NCBI GenBank assembly: GCA_051047955.1 | Contig: JBPGPT010000001.1 | Coordinates: 1,178,001 to 1,216,928, forward strand | Length of the DNA: 38,928 nucleotides | Origin: Cystobasidiomycetes sp. EMM_F5 | Lineage: Eukaryota | Direction: 5' to 3' | Shown here: positions 27,512 to 38,928 of the stretch, one piece after another | Numbering within the stretch: the stretch's first letter is position 1 | Layout of the letters: each line of letters opens with the position of its first letter | The notes under the pieces: model-generated | Databases searched by the model: none | Seen by the model: the letters and a program-made list of their open reading frames with translations, nothing else | What the model was told of the DNA's origin: nothing | Program-made: the position numbers and the translations under genes

Positions 27512-30500
27512 ATGCGAAGAGACGGCAACACTTCAATCAACAGAGACCATCCAAACTACAAAGACTACGACTACGAAGATTCTGACCAGCATGGCATCGT
27601 TGAGAATGGGAGCAGACGCGGTGGCCGCTTCTCGGCTAATATCGCAACGAGCTTATCGAAGAGCCCGCGAACGCACAACAAGCACAGGTATGCTTGTACG
27701 ATGTTCATCGTAAGATCGTGCGTGCTGAATGTGCGGTCGTCACACAGCACTACCCTAGGCAAGGCTGCCCCTGTCCAATCCTTTATACAGCGATTGCCGC
27801 TCGAGAACCTTGCTCAAGTGTTTGCGCGCCTGCCGCCTGTCGCCCTGCAGACGTGTGCACTCGTGTGTCGCGCATGGTGGGTCTCCATCACCCGACACCC
27901 TGACCGTGGCTGAAAAAAACCTCTTGAATAGGCATGACCTTGTTGATAACGACACAACTTGGAGGGTGTGCTGATGCAATGTCCGCTCGCAATTATGCAT
28001 CTGATAGCTCCTCCTTTACAGGCTGCACTACTCCACCACTTCAATCTGGAGGGGCGGAATCTGGACGAAATCCCAGGCAAGCGCCTGTCGAGACAGAGCT
28101 GGAGAAGCGAATACGCAATGCGATATGTGCTAGCTCAAGGATGGGCCAGATCTAGGCTACCCACAGTCACGCACGACCCGCATATCGGCAACATCTCCCT
28201 CATCCATGCCGACATAGCGCTCCGCACACTGATGCAATCCCGCAACAAGGCTACCGCGCACAACAAACAACGGTCTGAGTTTGCAAATAACCATGGGAAC
28301 GCTCCTTCGATGCTTGCAGTCTCGATTCCCCGTGGTATTGCTGCCCGATCGGATCCGTTCAATGGCAAGGTTGCAAAGGGTGGGCCAATTGAGGGTGTAC
28401 CAGTTCCTGCTCTGCTCGGTGCTATGCTAGGAAATATCGATGCGGTCACATGTGCCGCCATCTCGTCAGACGGAGCAACGATTGCTTGGTGGGGATGAAG
28501 CATTGGGCTCCGTAATTCCACTGACTTGCAGCCACTAGGGGAATGGCCAATGGCGCCGTGCATATTTCTCGCACAGGTATTGCAGGTCGAAATGTGCCCG
28601 TCCAGGGTCAACGGACTGCGCTGCCTGTATCTCTAGGTACCCCGATGGACAACCATTTAGGACCTATCACAGCCATGGCATTTCTTCCAGACTCCGATTA
28701 TATAGCAACTACTGCCACTGACAGTCAAGCGAAATTATGGAATGTTGGCTCTGCAGCTTGCATATGGACTTCGACTGCAGCTCATTCGGAAGGCATGACG
28801 ATCGATGAAGGTTCCTGCTTAGCTATCTCGCGCAGTCGCAATGACTGTATAATCATAGCTGTTGGGACAAATCTCGGAGCCATCAAGATCTGGAAGATAG
28901 ACACTGTCAAGTACACAACTCAATCCGCAATCAAGTTGGACCGAAATACCATCACAAAACAGCCAACAATTGGCGGGCAACGTACCGCCGTCAAGTATCT
29001 GGCTTTGAGCGCAAATGACAGTTCCGTTCTGTTGCAGTATCAAGGCGGATGTGCCTTTTACCGTTTGCAAGCTATCGATAGACTCTCCACCACTGTTACC
29101 ACATTCGGACACACCCTAGATCACATCGCTTGCATCACGGCCTTTGCATACGATTTTGGCAGCGGCATGCCAGCTGTTGCCAGCACTATTGATAACGGCA
29201 TCAAGGCATCGCTACTGAACACGTCCGACGATGCGAATAGCACAACATTCGGGACACTGGCGTACGTCATTGCTGGAGACGACCACGGGAGGATGTTTCT
29301 CTGGAACTGGAACGCCAAAGATTCCGCCAAAGGAGAGTCGCTAGTCAAGCCAATACGACAATTGCAAGGTTTCGAACACCGAGTGACAGCGATAGCTATT
29401 ACAGACATGTTGCACATAGTGGGAACGTGAGCTCTGCTCGTACATTCACGCAAGCGCAATGCTAACACCATCGACGTTCTGCAGAGCGGACGGCATTGTC
29501 CGAGCCTACGACATCCTGTCGGGACGTCTAGTCCGGTTGTTCAATGAGCGTTCTGCACCCCGACAAGCGCTCCTTCACATGGCGCATGTTGAGCATGATG
29601 TTGATGAAGCAGCCAAGTGGGCCGTGTCGCATATCGCAGCTACCGGCGAAGGCTTTGTGGCGAGCATTGGAGCTAAAATTCTAGCTTGGTCTATTGGAAG
29701 CGAGACAAAGCATAAGAGTATGTTTTCTGAACATTGAATCTACCTTGGCTGATAGTTCCACAGAGAAAACCAATCGAGCCGGGGGGAGACTCTCCGCCCG
29801 AGCGGACCGCTACAGAGGTATGTTGCACAATATAGGTGTGTGACGCGTTCCTGACCGACACTTCATGTTATCAGCCGATCTAGAGATGAGGCATGACATT
29901 CGCGAATCGTCTACGTCGCTTGCTTTCGAGCAGGAAGAACTTGCTCGCCAGCAGAGACAGTATCGTGCTGCACAACATGTTGCCGGTATACCCAGAGCGT
30001 TGGGCGATATGACTGAAGACGAAGCTGTGAGACCGCTTACTTGGTAACATGAAAGCATGGCTAAGCATTACTACATTGCAGGTTGCTTTGGCAATTATGC
30101 TTAGTCGGCAGGACGAAGAGGAACGGCAAGTCGAGCGGTCTATGGACTTATCGCTGGATGGGGACATCGACCATCTGAGACTAGACGAAGAGCTCAGTGA
30201 CGAGGAGGAAGATTCCAATGATGATACGTCAACAACATCTTCTCGCTTCTCCAGGAGCGGGCCGACTTCGCCTTATGGACAAGCTGGTTCTAGCAACTAT
30301 CCTTACATACGGGATGGACATATATCGCCATCCTTCAGAGCTGGAACGCTCTCGCCCTTGTCGAGCTCGGTTCGCTCAAATGGCAACAGCCGACTACAGA
30401 TAAGTCCGCGATTGAGTCCTCAGTATTGGCCGGCGAGGCAGCCGCCTCCGCAGCTGGATCTCAATGAGGCGTCTGCTTGGCCGTTACCATCGCCTATCGC

Positions 30501-30789
30501 GGTAGCTCAATATTCTGCTTCCGCACCTCGCGGGGCGTCCTGGACATCTCGGCTGCCGTCCCCTCGTCTGGATCACGGCAGCAGCAGTACTACGTGGAGC
30601 AATATCGCACGGTCAGCAGGTACGACTCCGCCGCAATGGAACGTCGTGGCAACAACGGCTGCTAGCAGCACTTCAGCGTTTCGCCACAACTCACATGTTG
30701 GACATGAACTTGACGATGACCTCCGCTTTGCAATAGAGTTGAGTCTTGCAGAGGAGCAGTCTAGGACTGCGAATGGCCAGAAGTTATAG
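27512..30789 (+). CDS. F-box/WD40 protein with C-terminal UIM motifs (Ufo1/Pof10-like architecture)
   Basis: F-box RLPLENLAQVFARLPPVALQTCALVCRAW; WD repeats (HLGPITAMAF...DSQAKLWNV; GDDHGRMFLWNW; DGIVRAYD); UIMs EDEAVALAIMLS and DDDLRFAIELSLAE. Start codon position is approximate. Confidence 0.85.
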
Positions 30790-32052
30790 CGGATCAGGTT
30801 GTGGGAGCTCGAGAAGACGATAGAAATCAGCGACCAAGTACAAGCTGCCGCAAACGACAATTCTTCTGGACCCGGTAGCCTCCTGTAAAGCTGTCGCAAT
30901 TGTCGTCGTTGTAGTACAACTCCACCCAAGCCCCGTGGCAGCCTGTGCAATCTTTTGCGGTTCGACAGCTTGCACCCACGGCATACCCTCGGGTGTAGTG
31001 AACGAGGTTGCCACCACCCGATGGGAGTTTGTATCCTTTACTAAGACTTCCAATAGAGCCTGCGGGTCACGCGGCGCAGACTGAGCGATAATGAATGTAG
31101 TGGGCGCGGACTGCAGGGTTTCGAGGTACTCGCGTAAAGCTTGCAATGATGCAGGATTATGAGCGCCATCGACCAGTATCTTTTGGCCTTTGTAATCGAC
31201 CCAATCCAGTCGACCGGGCCATCGAGTGCCAGATATGCCTTGTGCGATATGTGCGTTTGTGATATGGGCGAATTTATTATTGGCGGACCTACGCAAAACA
31301 TCGACTGTCAGGGCAGCGGTTGCTGCATTGTCTAGTTGATATGCGCCCGGCAACGGCAGCTGAACGGTCAGACTATGCCCTCCGATATCAATTTTGCCTG
31401 AGTGTGTAAGCCCAGCGTTCCTCGATGGACTCGACACTGTGTGCACTACGGCCTCGACAGAGTTGGCCCTATCTTTCACTACCTCATGAACAGCAGAGTA
31501 GGCTTGAGGGGCAACAACACAAGGCGTGCCCTTTTTGATGATACCCGCTTTGACTGCAGCAATTTCCTCAATCGTGTTGCCCAGGAAAGCTTGATGGTCC
31601 AAATCAATAGCCGTGACGACAGTGACCAGAGGTTTGGGACACACATTGGTCGCATCGGTTGCGCCGCCCATCCCGACTTCGACGACTGCGACATCTAGGA
31701 GTGTTCGGCTGTCTTTAAAAGCTTGGAAAGCGGTCGCCGTTAGCAGCTCGAAAGGGCTAGCTTGAGCGCTAGATTCGGAATCTGCTTTATGGACGAGTGC
31801 CTTTGCTGCGTCGTAGTCATCTTGCGGTATAGTCACACCTTGTATGTGTATCGAATCACGGACAGTGATGAGGTGAGGGCTGGTGAATCTGCCCACCCTC
31901 AATCCGGATACGCGAAGTATGGAGTCCAGATACGCACACACAGAACCTTTCCCATTAGTACCAGCGACATGGATAATGGGGACTGTAGTCTGTGGGTTGC
32001 CGAGCTTGGCTAGCAACCTCGTAATGCGCTCTAAGCCCAATTTGATGTTCAT
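30784..32052 (-). CDS. FOL3: Dihydrofolate synthase / folylpolyglutamate synthase (FolC family), intronless
   Basis: MNIKLGLERI, IHVAGTNGKGS, FTSPHL, EVGMGGATDATN, DHQAFLG, KAGIIK, WPGRL, VDGAHN, VCGSLYLV. Alternative in-frame ATG at 32085. Confidence 0.92.
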   Translation of the reverse strand: MNIKLGLERITRLLAKLGNPQTTVPIIHVAGTNGKGSVCAYLDSILRVSGLRVGRFTSPHLITVRDSIHIQGVTIPQDDYDAAKALVHKADSESSAQASPFELLTATAFQAFKDSRTLLDVAVVEVGMGGATDATNVCPKPLVTVVTAIDLDHQAFLGNTIEEIAAVKAGIIKKGTPCVVAPQAYSAVHEVVKDRANSVEAVVHTVSSPSRNAGLTHSGKIDIGGHSLTVQLPLPGAYQLDNAATAALTVDVLRRSANNKFAHITNAHIAQGISGTRWPGRLDWVDYKGQKILVDGAHNPASLQALREYLETLQSAPTTFIIAQSAPRDPQALLEVLVKDTNSHRVVATSFTTPEGMPWVQAVEPQKIAQAATGLGWSCTTTTTIATALQEATGSRRIVVCGSLYLVADFYRLLELPQPDPL

Positions 32053-32456
32053 AGTTCCCTCGCCCTCTGACACGGCGAGCTCCATCTCATCCGAAGAAGC
32101 AATATTGTTCAACTGCCATACATGTCATATTCAGTGGTGCTGGAGCCTTCATGTAGGCATGATTTGGAGATGACGACAGCCACGTCTGATACAACAGTCT
32201 ACTAAGAAAAACTAGCAAATCTTTGGCGGTGCTTCTGCAACAGCATCCTTTTCATCATACCCAGCATTGTGACTTTCGTGGGCTGGCGTAGGATGCTTAC
32301 CAGTGACCCTCGCGAATGCGGAGCATTCTGTTCTGTGCTATAATGAAGAAACTCGGCGTGAATCTACGGCGTAATGGCAGTTGCACGTCGCACATCACTG
32401 GGTCAGCCATAGTGACGAAGCCCTACGGCAGACGCAGTACCGTGGTCAAAACTGAC

Positions 32457-33147
32457 TCACTGCTGTCGTTTCTTAGCAGCCAACTTGCGCATATACTCGC
32501 AGTGTTTACATTTGCCAGTGGGCAGTGTAAAGTACTCGTTGTCTCTTCGACCGATATGGAGAACCTAACGTAACATTGTCAGTATGCCGCTGTGGGGTGA
32601 TGAACATAAACTCGCTATATGTTGACAGGGCCTGCGGCTGTTGTTGATTTCGGCGCTCTCGGATACCAAATGCTCTCGAATGATACACAGCGTCTGATGG
32701 CAGCGATGAGATATGTGCCAACCACCACCCGGAGCATCTGACGTAGCCGTTGAAGCTAGAATGTTTGCTCCTTGCTTTTCTTCATCACTGTATCTGATAA
32801 TTGAGTAGAAGAAGGCCTAGAGAATGTCTGGCAGATATTTTTGACGATCGTTAGTTTAGTTTCGGCGTTCACGGTGTTATGTTTTTTGAAATTTTTACCC
32901 AGCTGGCTGTCTCGGATAGATACCTGGATCTCTCCTATCGGCCCTGGGCGACAGCAAGGCGAGTACACCATCTTGCACGTTGTCAACGATGTTATAGCTT
33001 CTCAACTTCAGGCATCCGACGACACTGAGAGGTCTTCAGGAGTCAGTTGGATTAGATATGTCCTTTCTGTCGCGATGCAATGCCGTTATACTGACTGGAC
33101 GAGTCGAAGAGTTGCACGGCTACGTTTCTAGCTGCAGTCTGGCTCAT
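32457..33147 (-). CDS. His-Cys box (His-Me finger, I-PpoI-like) homing-endonuclease-like protein; possibly a pseudogene
   Basis: Exon 32616-32816 encodes SHRCHQTLCIIREHLVSESAEINNSRRPC, with the same spacing as I-PpoI [29 protein letters not shown]. Flanking introns 32817-32872 (56 nt) and 32565-32615 (51 nt, GC donor); last exon 32457-32564 contains CKHC. The 5' structure is uncertain because of two in-frame TGAs at 33002-33010. Confidence 0.65.
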
Positions 33148-33269
33148 TATACCATCTGCCTCTCTACTGCTCTTCTAGAGCTGACATCGCAGTAGACAGG
33201 CAGGATCTGCTAGGGATAGCGCCTGGCAAGATGGGAGAAAGAAGACACGTTTGTCAGGAACTAGCAGCC

Positions 33270-33276
33270 TTTTATA
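33270..33276 (-). promoter_or_regulatory. TATA box (TATAAAA) upstream of the His-Cys box gene
   Basis: Canonical TATAAAA on the minus strand, followed by a pyrimidine-rich stretch, ~80-120 nt before ATGs at 33187 and 33147. Confidence 0.45.
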
Positions 33277-33692
33277 GCGAAGAATGCGTGGGTTGATATC
33301 TCGCTTAGTTAAAGGCATAAGTATGGGGGAGACATGTCAGACACTGCTGACGCGCGAGGCAGAAGGATGATGTGGGGGTGGAAGTGTCAGACAAAGTCAT
33401 GGCGTGTGGTGGATAAAGGCGACGAAAGCCAGAGTTTAGTAGCTTGCAGTCCATAAGCTGCATCGGAAGGCAGCGTATTTGAGTGATTCACGGCATTCTA
33501 GAATGCTGTCTATGTATGACACCACGAATTCCACTGTTGCATTGACCTGTTTGCCAAAGGAGAGCTTCGAACCACTCAACGGCACTTCGCCACTCCTTGT
33601 TTCCTTAGTATACCATATTGGTGGCCGAGCTAGACGAACATCTACCAGATGTCTGTATCGCTCCGGGCCGCGGGAACGTCGAAACGATAACT

Positions 33693-36600
33693 TTAAGCAG
33701 CGTCACGAGCCGGAACACGGACGGGCTCGACGCTCCAGATCTCGTCAGCGTATTCTGTGAGACGAACAAGCGAATCAGCATTCAAAGCAGTAAAGTTGAG
33801 CGAGATCGTGCGAACCGAGAACACATCGGTCAGACGAGAATTTGCCCATGCGGGCAGTAGTGAGGATGCAGCGCTTGGTCCAGCCACGCTTGTCAATAAA
33901 AGCCTCGTCAATCATCTGCTGAGCTTGCAGGACTGTGATGTCTGCAATCAGCGTGGCCCTGATGGTATGTCAGGCGAACGACGTACATGACTCGAAGCTG
34001 TGATTACAGGCATTGCTTGAGGTCAGCATTAAATGAGACCGTTGATGACGAAGTTACGCACTCATCAGTGATGCAGTAGTGGTCGCGACCCTCGATGACA
34101 CTGCTGATCAACGGCTGGAAAGGCGATGGATCGCCAAACACGCCTTGGCGGATAGCATCAATGGCTTCTTGCAGAGGTTGCTAAATTATGACATCAGTAA
34201 GCTGCTCGCTCGGTACCGTGCTATACATACAGGAATGACAAGTTCGCCGTAGTGGTGTTCGTGGCGGAGACCTGCGATGTTGTCGGCGGTGTAACCGAAG
34301 AAGAAACACTGTACACGATGTCAGCTTGGAAGCCTAGACAATCGATGACAGAAGAATCACTGACCTGGTCATCTCCAACCTCCTCCGCAATCTCGATGGT
34401 AGCACCATCGACTGTACCGAGCAGAAGACCACCGTTGAGGGCGAACTGGCACAAGCAGACACTATCAGTGAATGCCGACTGCACAGAGCCGCTGCGAGCA
34501 TACCTTCATGTTACTGGTACCACTGGCCTGCAAATTCGAAGATGTGTGAGATACACATCGCATTATATGTTCCCGATGAGGTGAGCTTACCTCGGTACCT
34601 GCCGTGGAGATGTGCAGAGAAATGTCGGATGCTGGAATGAGCAGCTCGGCAAGTGAGACGCTGTAGTCTGGCAGGAAGACGACCTGGTAGATATCAGTCA
34701 TGTCCTTGTCGGCATTGACGATGTTCATGACTGCCAGTAGTCAGGTTAGCAGACCGCGGCGCACTCTAAACAGTGAAACGCACTGGCATTGACAAGTCGG
34801 ATGATGAGCTTAGCAATGTAATAGCCTGGAGCAGCTTTTCCTGCGAAAATCTCTACACGAGGAACGACCTTCTTTCGCTCAGCGGGCGACATCTTCTTGA
34901 GAGTCAGGTAGCGGTGAATGCATCCAAACGCATTCATGAGTTGACGCTTGTACTCGTGGATACGCTTGACTTGGATGGAGAAGAGCGAGTTGGGGTTGAT
35001 TGGAATATTGAGAGTTCGCTCAATGTACTCTGCCAATCGGACCTTGTTTTGGTACTTGATGTCGTAAAATCGCTTGACGAAGGCAGCGTCATCAACTTTA
35101 GCCTCAATCTTGCGGAGCAGTGTCGCATTAGTAAGCCAGGCATCACCACCGAGGGTCTCGGTGATCAGCTCTGCTAGACCAGGGTTGCACTGGAGAAGCC
35201 AGCGACGGAAGGTGACACCGTTGGTGACATTCTTGAATTTGTCGGGTCCGCTATTGACGATGGAGAGGTGTCGTGTCAGTCACATCTCAGATCAGCTTAT
35301 CAAATGTAGCCTCACTAGAATTCTACAAAGTCCTTGAGCATGACGCGAACGAGCTGAGAGTGAAGCTCTGCTACACCGTTGACAGCATGCGATCCTACAA
35401 TAGCAAGCCAGGCCATTCGGACTTGCTGTGGTGACCCCTCTGTGAATGTGAAAAGCAAGCCTCAGAATCGTTCTCGCATATGGTAGGACCGACACTACAA
35501 CGCACCCTGAATGAGTGACATGCGACCGAGCCTGTCCATGTCCTTTGGATACTTCTTCTCGACCTGCTTGAGGAACATGAGATTGATGTCGAAGATGATC
35601 TGCATGTGACGCGGCAGGAGGTTCGAGATGAGTGGGACGGGCCAGCACTCGAGCGCCTCTGGCAGGACAGTGTGGTTTGTGTAGGCAAAGGTCTTTTGCA
35701 CAATTGCCCAAGCATCGGCAAACTCGATGTTCTCCTCGTCCACGAGGATACGTTGCAGCTCGACAATAGCCAGGGTAGGATGAGTGTCGTTGAGCTGAAT
35801 AGCAACATAGTGGGCTGTGATGATGGACCATGATCAGAGAAACGCCAAGGTGCATCAAAAGTTGATATTTACGGAACTCGGACCAGGGCACTCCGATCTT
35901 CTTCCATCGTCTGATGATATCCTGCAGGGAAGCTGCAGTCCAGAAGTACTGCTGCTTGAGGCGGAGTTCCTTGCCTGCCCAGAAGCTACCCAAGCGATTG
36001 TTATTTTCGCGTTGAATGCATCCGCTCAAATACTCTCACTCACTTGTCATTGGGATACAAGACTCGAGTGATGGTCTCTGCATTTTCAGCTTCGCGCACA
36101 GATCCATCATAATCTCCGGCGTTGAAAGACTGGAGGTTGAAGCCTCTCTTTGGCTGAGCCCTCCAGAGACGGATGTTGTTGGTGTTGACCGTGTTGTAGC
36201 CAGGGATGGGGACATCGTACGGCACTGCGAGTACCTCTACGCCGCTGGTCCAGCGATTGTTGCCGGCTGCGTCACGATTTGCGCTACCGTACAGCTTGAC
36301 GGAGACGGTGTTGTCGAGACGAGCTGATACAAAGCTAACGTCAGTCTGGAAGATAGCCGGGCAGACTTCCTCAACTCACGAACTTCCCAAGGGTTGGCTT
36401 CAGATAGCCATGGGTCTGACAATTGTATACTTCAGCATCGATTAACACAGAGCATCTCATTGCATCAAAGTTACCTGGAATCTCAGTCTGTTGGCCTTGC
36501 TGGTCGATTGCCTGCATGAAGACTGCAATACGACAAACATTATTAGTTCACTCCTGTGGAAACACCGAGGCGATTCATCACTTACTGCCGTACTGGTATC

Positions 36601-37795
36601 GTAAGCCATAACCCCAAGCGGGGATGTCCATCGTCGATAGCGAGTCCATGTAGCATGCAGCAAGACGGCCGAGACCACCATTACCTAGGCCTGCATCACG
36701 TTCGGAATCGAGGAGATCCTCCATGTTGAAGCCGAGCTGATTTACCGACTGCTCAAACTCCTTCTTGAGACCAAGGTTGAGAATGGCATTGTCTAGCGAT
36801 CGTCCGAGCAAAAACTCGAGCGAAAGATAGTATACGCGCTTTGGTGTCTTTTGAGTGTGATAGACTGTTCGTAGACTGGTTCAGAATGTGTGAAAGCAAG
36901 CGAGGGGAAGCCATGACTTACTTTGTGTGTCATTCCAGTCTGTTTGTGGCACAAACTGTCAGCTGACCATTCTAGGGCTATGGTAAATAACCATGACCAG
37001 ACTAACCCTGAATGAGACGATCGCGAGTGGCCAGCGCAACAGCCTGGTAGGCACCGACTGTATCGAGATTGTAGGGTGCTCTTGCCAGGGACGAGTGAAC
37101 GTGCTAAGAGAGACGCAAGGAGTCAGTATTACATTCGTACAGAAGAGTACCAACACGCAAGCTCACTTGGACAATACTGATCAAAGATTGGCACAGTGTT
37201 AGTTTTGAGACTTCCGTTTCGCACTGTTTTGTATATTCCTCGTTGCCACCTCTCCTCACCTGGCTTCAATGTCATCTACACCATTCTTGAGCTGAGTAGC
37301 CGCTACTGCCTTCTTCCATGCTCCGGAATCGGAACCCTCTGGGAAGATTGCCTTGAGTGATTCGCCCGGAGCGACAATCATCCCTGAAAGCAATGGATGA
37401 GATTGTCTAGAGCACAAGCGATATGGCTCGCACCCACCGGTAGCACTACGCTTGTGCATCTTTGGACGGTGCGTCGCAGTCGAGTGCGAGGCCTGCGGGA
37501 GTATAGATATCGGACATGTCAGGAACGAGGCACGACTGGGAGCGACGATGGACAGACGGTGAGCGGGTTGGCGGAGTTCATGGGGTTTGCGCCGTCGAGA
37601 GTGATTCCTGGGGACGGCATGGGCTGAGGCTTGTCCTTCTTTGCGGCTGCAAAGCGCAATCATCAGCACAACTTGACTTGGACGCGTCGGACACTGTTGC
37701 CAGGACTCACCCGATGGGGCAGCTGCTGGGGACGCTGCCGGTGCTACGCTGGCTGGCAGCACCTTGCTCACTACGTCCTTGATGACCGATGCCAT
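33693..37795 (-). CDS. GPH1: Glycogen phosphorylase
   Basis: Many exons: [98 protein letters not shown] (PLP lysine), FSSDR...EYADEIW; ends RDAA*. Confidence 0.96.
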
Positions 37796-38067
37796 GGCTG
37801 TGGGTGTGTCTGTGTATTGCAAAGTCGACGTCGACTCAACCCTCCCTCTCCCAATCGACTTGGACTTCGCGGAGCTCCAGCGGGCATCTTCGTTTGCCAA
37901 AGCAATGACGGTCAGATGACGGGGTGTGGGGCATTCCAATAGCATACTGTATTAACATTAATGCAGATAGAAATGTATGCTTCTATTCCATTCCTCGCGT
38001 TGTATTCTTCCCTGCAAGCTGGAGTATACGCCACTCTTCATATTCACAGCCCAACTAACTGCAAACA

Positions 38068-38928
38068 ATGGCTGATCCTGACATCTCCGCAATATCTGAC
38101 CATGACCTAGAGACATCCCTCCAGCCCATACGCAGAACCGGCGTAGTCTTCCACAACTGGGCAAAGACGTACACTTGCGCACCACGATGTACATTCTATG
38201 CGAGAAACGAGCAAGATGTGAGAAGGGTGCTGCTGCTCGCAAGGAGGCAGGGCAGAGTAGTCCGGGCAGTAGGGGAGGGGCACAGTCCAAGCGATCTGGT
38301 GTGCGTTGGATCGCAGGACTGGCTCGTCAACCTCGATGCGCTGAATGAAATCATAGAGGTGCGATAGTCGTACACTAAGCTTCAGCAGTCATTGACCTAT
38401 CTGCATCGTCTAGATCGACAACGACAATCACACCGTCAACGTCCAAGCTGGCATCAGACTCAAACACCTCCATCCACTACTCAAAAAGCACAATCTCGCA
38501 ATGTCGTCCCTCGGTTCAATCTCGGATCAATCGCTTGGAGGTGCAATATCTACGGCTACACACGGCTCCTCACTACGCTACGGCAATCTGTCTTCCACGG
38601 TACTCCAACTCACCATCGTCACGCCAGACGAACAGTGCTCCGTCATCACGTGCAACAAGAACAACAATGCCGACGTCTTCCAGACAGCGCGATGTGGACT
38701 CGGATTGATAGGCATCATCACCTGCGTTACCATACAATGCGAGCCCGCCTTTAGATTGGAAGAAGAGGAATTTTGTATGACTGCCAACGACTTTTTCGAT
38801 GCAGTGGGAAGTGGCGATGAGGCCAGTACATCATCACTACCAAACTCCGCGCAACACGTCCGTGCATGGTGGTTTCCTCATTCCCACCAAGTCCGGGTAT
38901 CCCGGATGAATCGCACAAGCCTGCCAGA
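38068..38928 (+). CDS. ALO1: D-arabinono-1,4-lactone / L-gulonolactone oxidase, 5' part; runs off the window end
   Basis: FHNWAKTY, VRAVGEGHSPSDL (covalent-FAD His), intron 38359-38413, then VQAGIRL, SSLGSISDQSLGGAISTATHGS, RCGLGLIGII, HVRAWWFPH. Confidence 0.92.

Noticed and set aside
9744..38928. Metabolic or secondary-metabolite cluster (P450, MoaD, FolC, ALO1)
   Set aside because: These belong to unrelated pathways, are interspersed with housekeeping genes, and there is no backbone synthase.

Overview
Gene-dense, intron-rich fungal genomic DNA with short GT/GC-AG introns (mostly ~50-80 nt) and CTRAC branch points. It looks basidiomycete-like; the lineage is not determined. The six-frame ORF track mostly shows exon fragments, so gene models were spliced by hand. 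In order: importin-beta 3' end (+), PP2A catalytic subunit (+), Sit4/PP6 phosphatase (+), class-III aminotransferase (-), TFIIE-beta (-), cytochrome P450 (-), G-protein alpha (+), Dsn1/Mis13 (+), MoaD/MOCS2A (-), three tandem secreted LysM genes (+), EMC1 (-), F-box/WD40/UIM protein (+), intronless FolC/FOL3 (-), a spliced His-Cys-box (I-PpoI-like) homing-endonuclease-like gene whose motif-bearing exon is absent from the ORF track (-), glycogen phosphorylase (-), and the 5' part of D-arabinono-1,4-lactone oxidase (+). Main unexplained signals: (1) the free-standing, intron-split His-Cys box gene, possibly decaying; (2) a ~600-nt heavily base-paired intergenic segment upstream of PP2A; (3) a 341-nt structured GC-AG intron in PP2A; (4) the LysM triplet; (5) a 6-nt tail-to-tail CDS overlap. 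All family calls rest on motif recognition by eye; no searches or folding programs were run.
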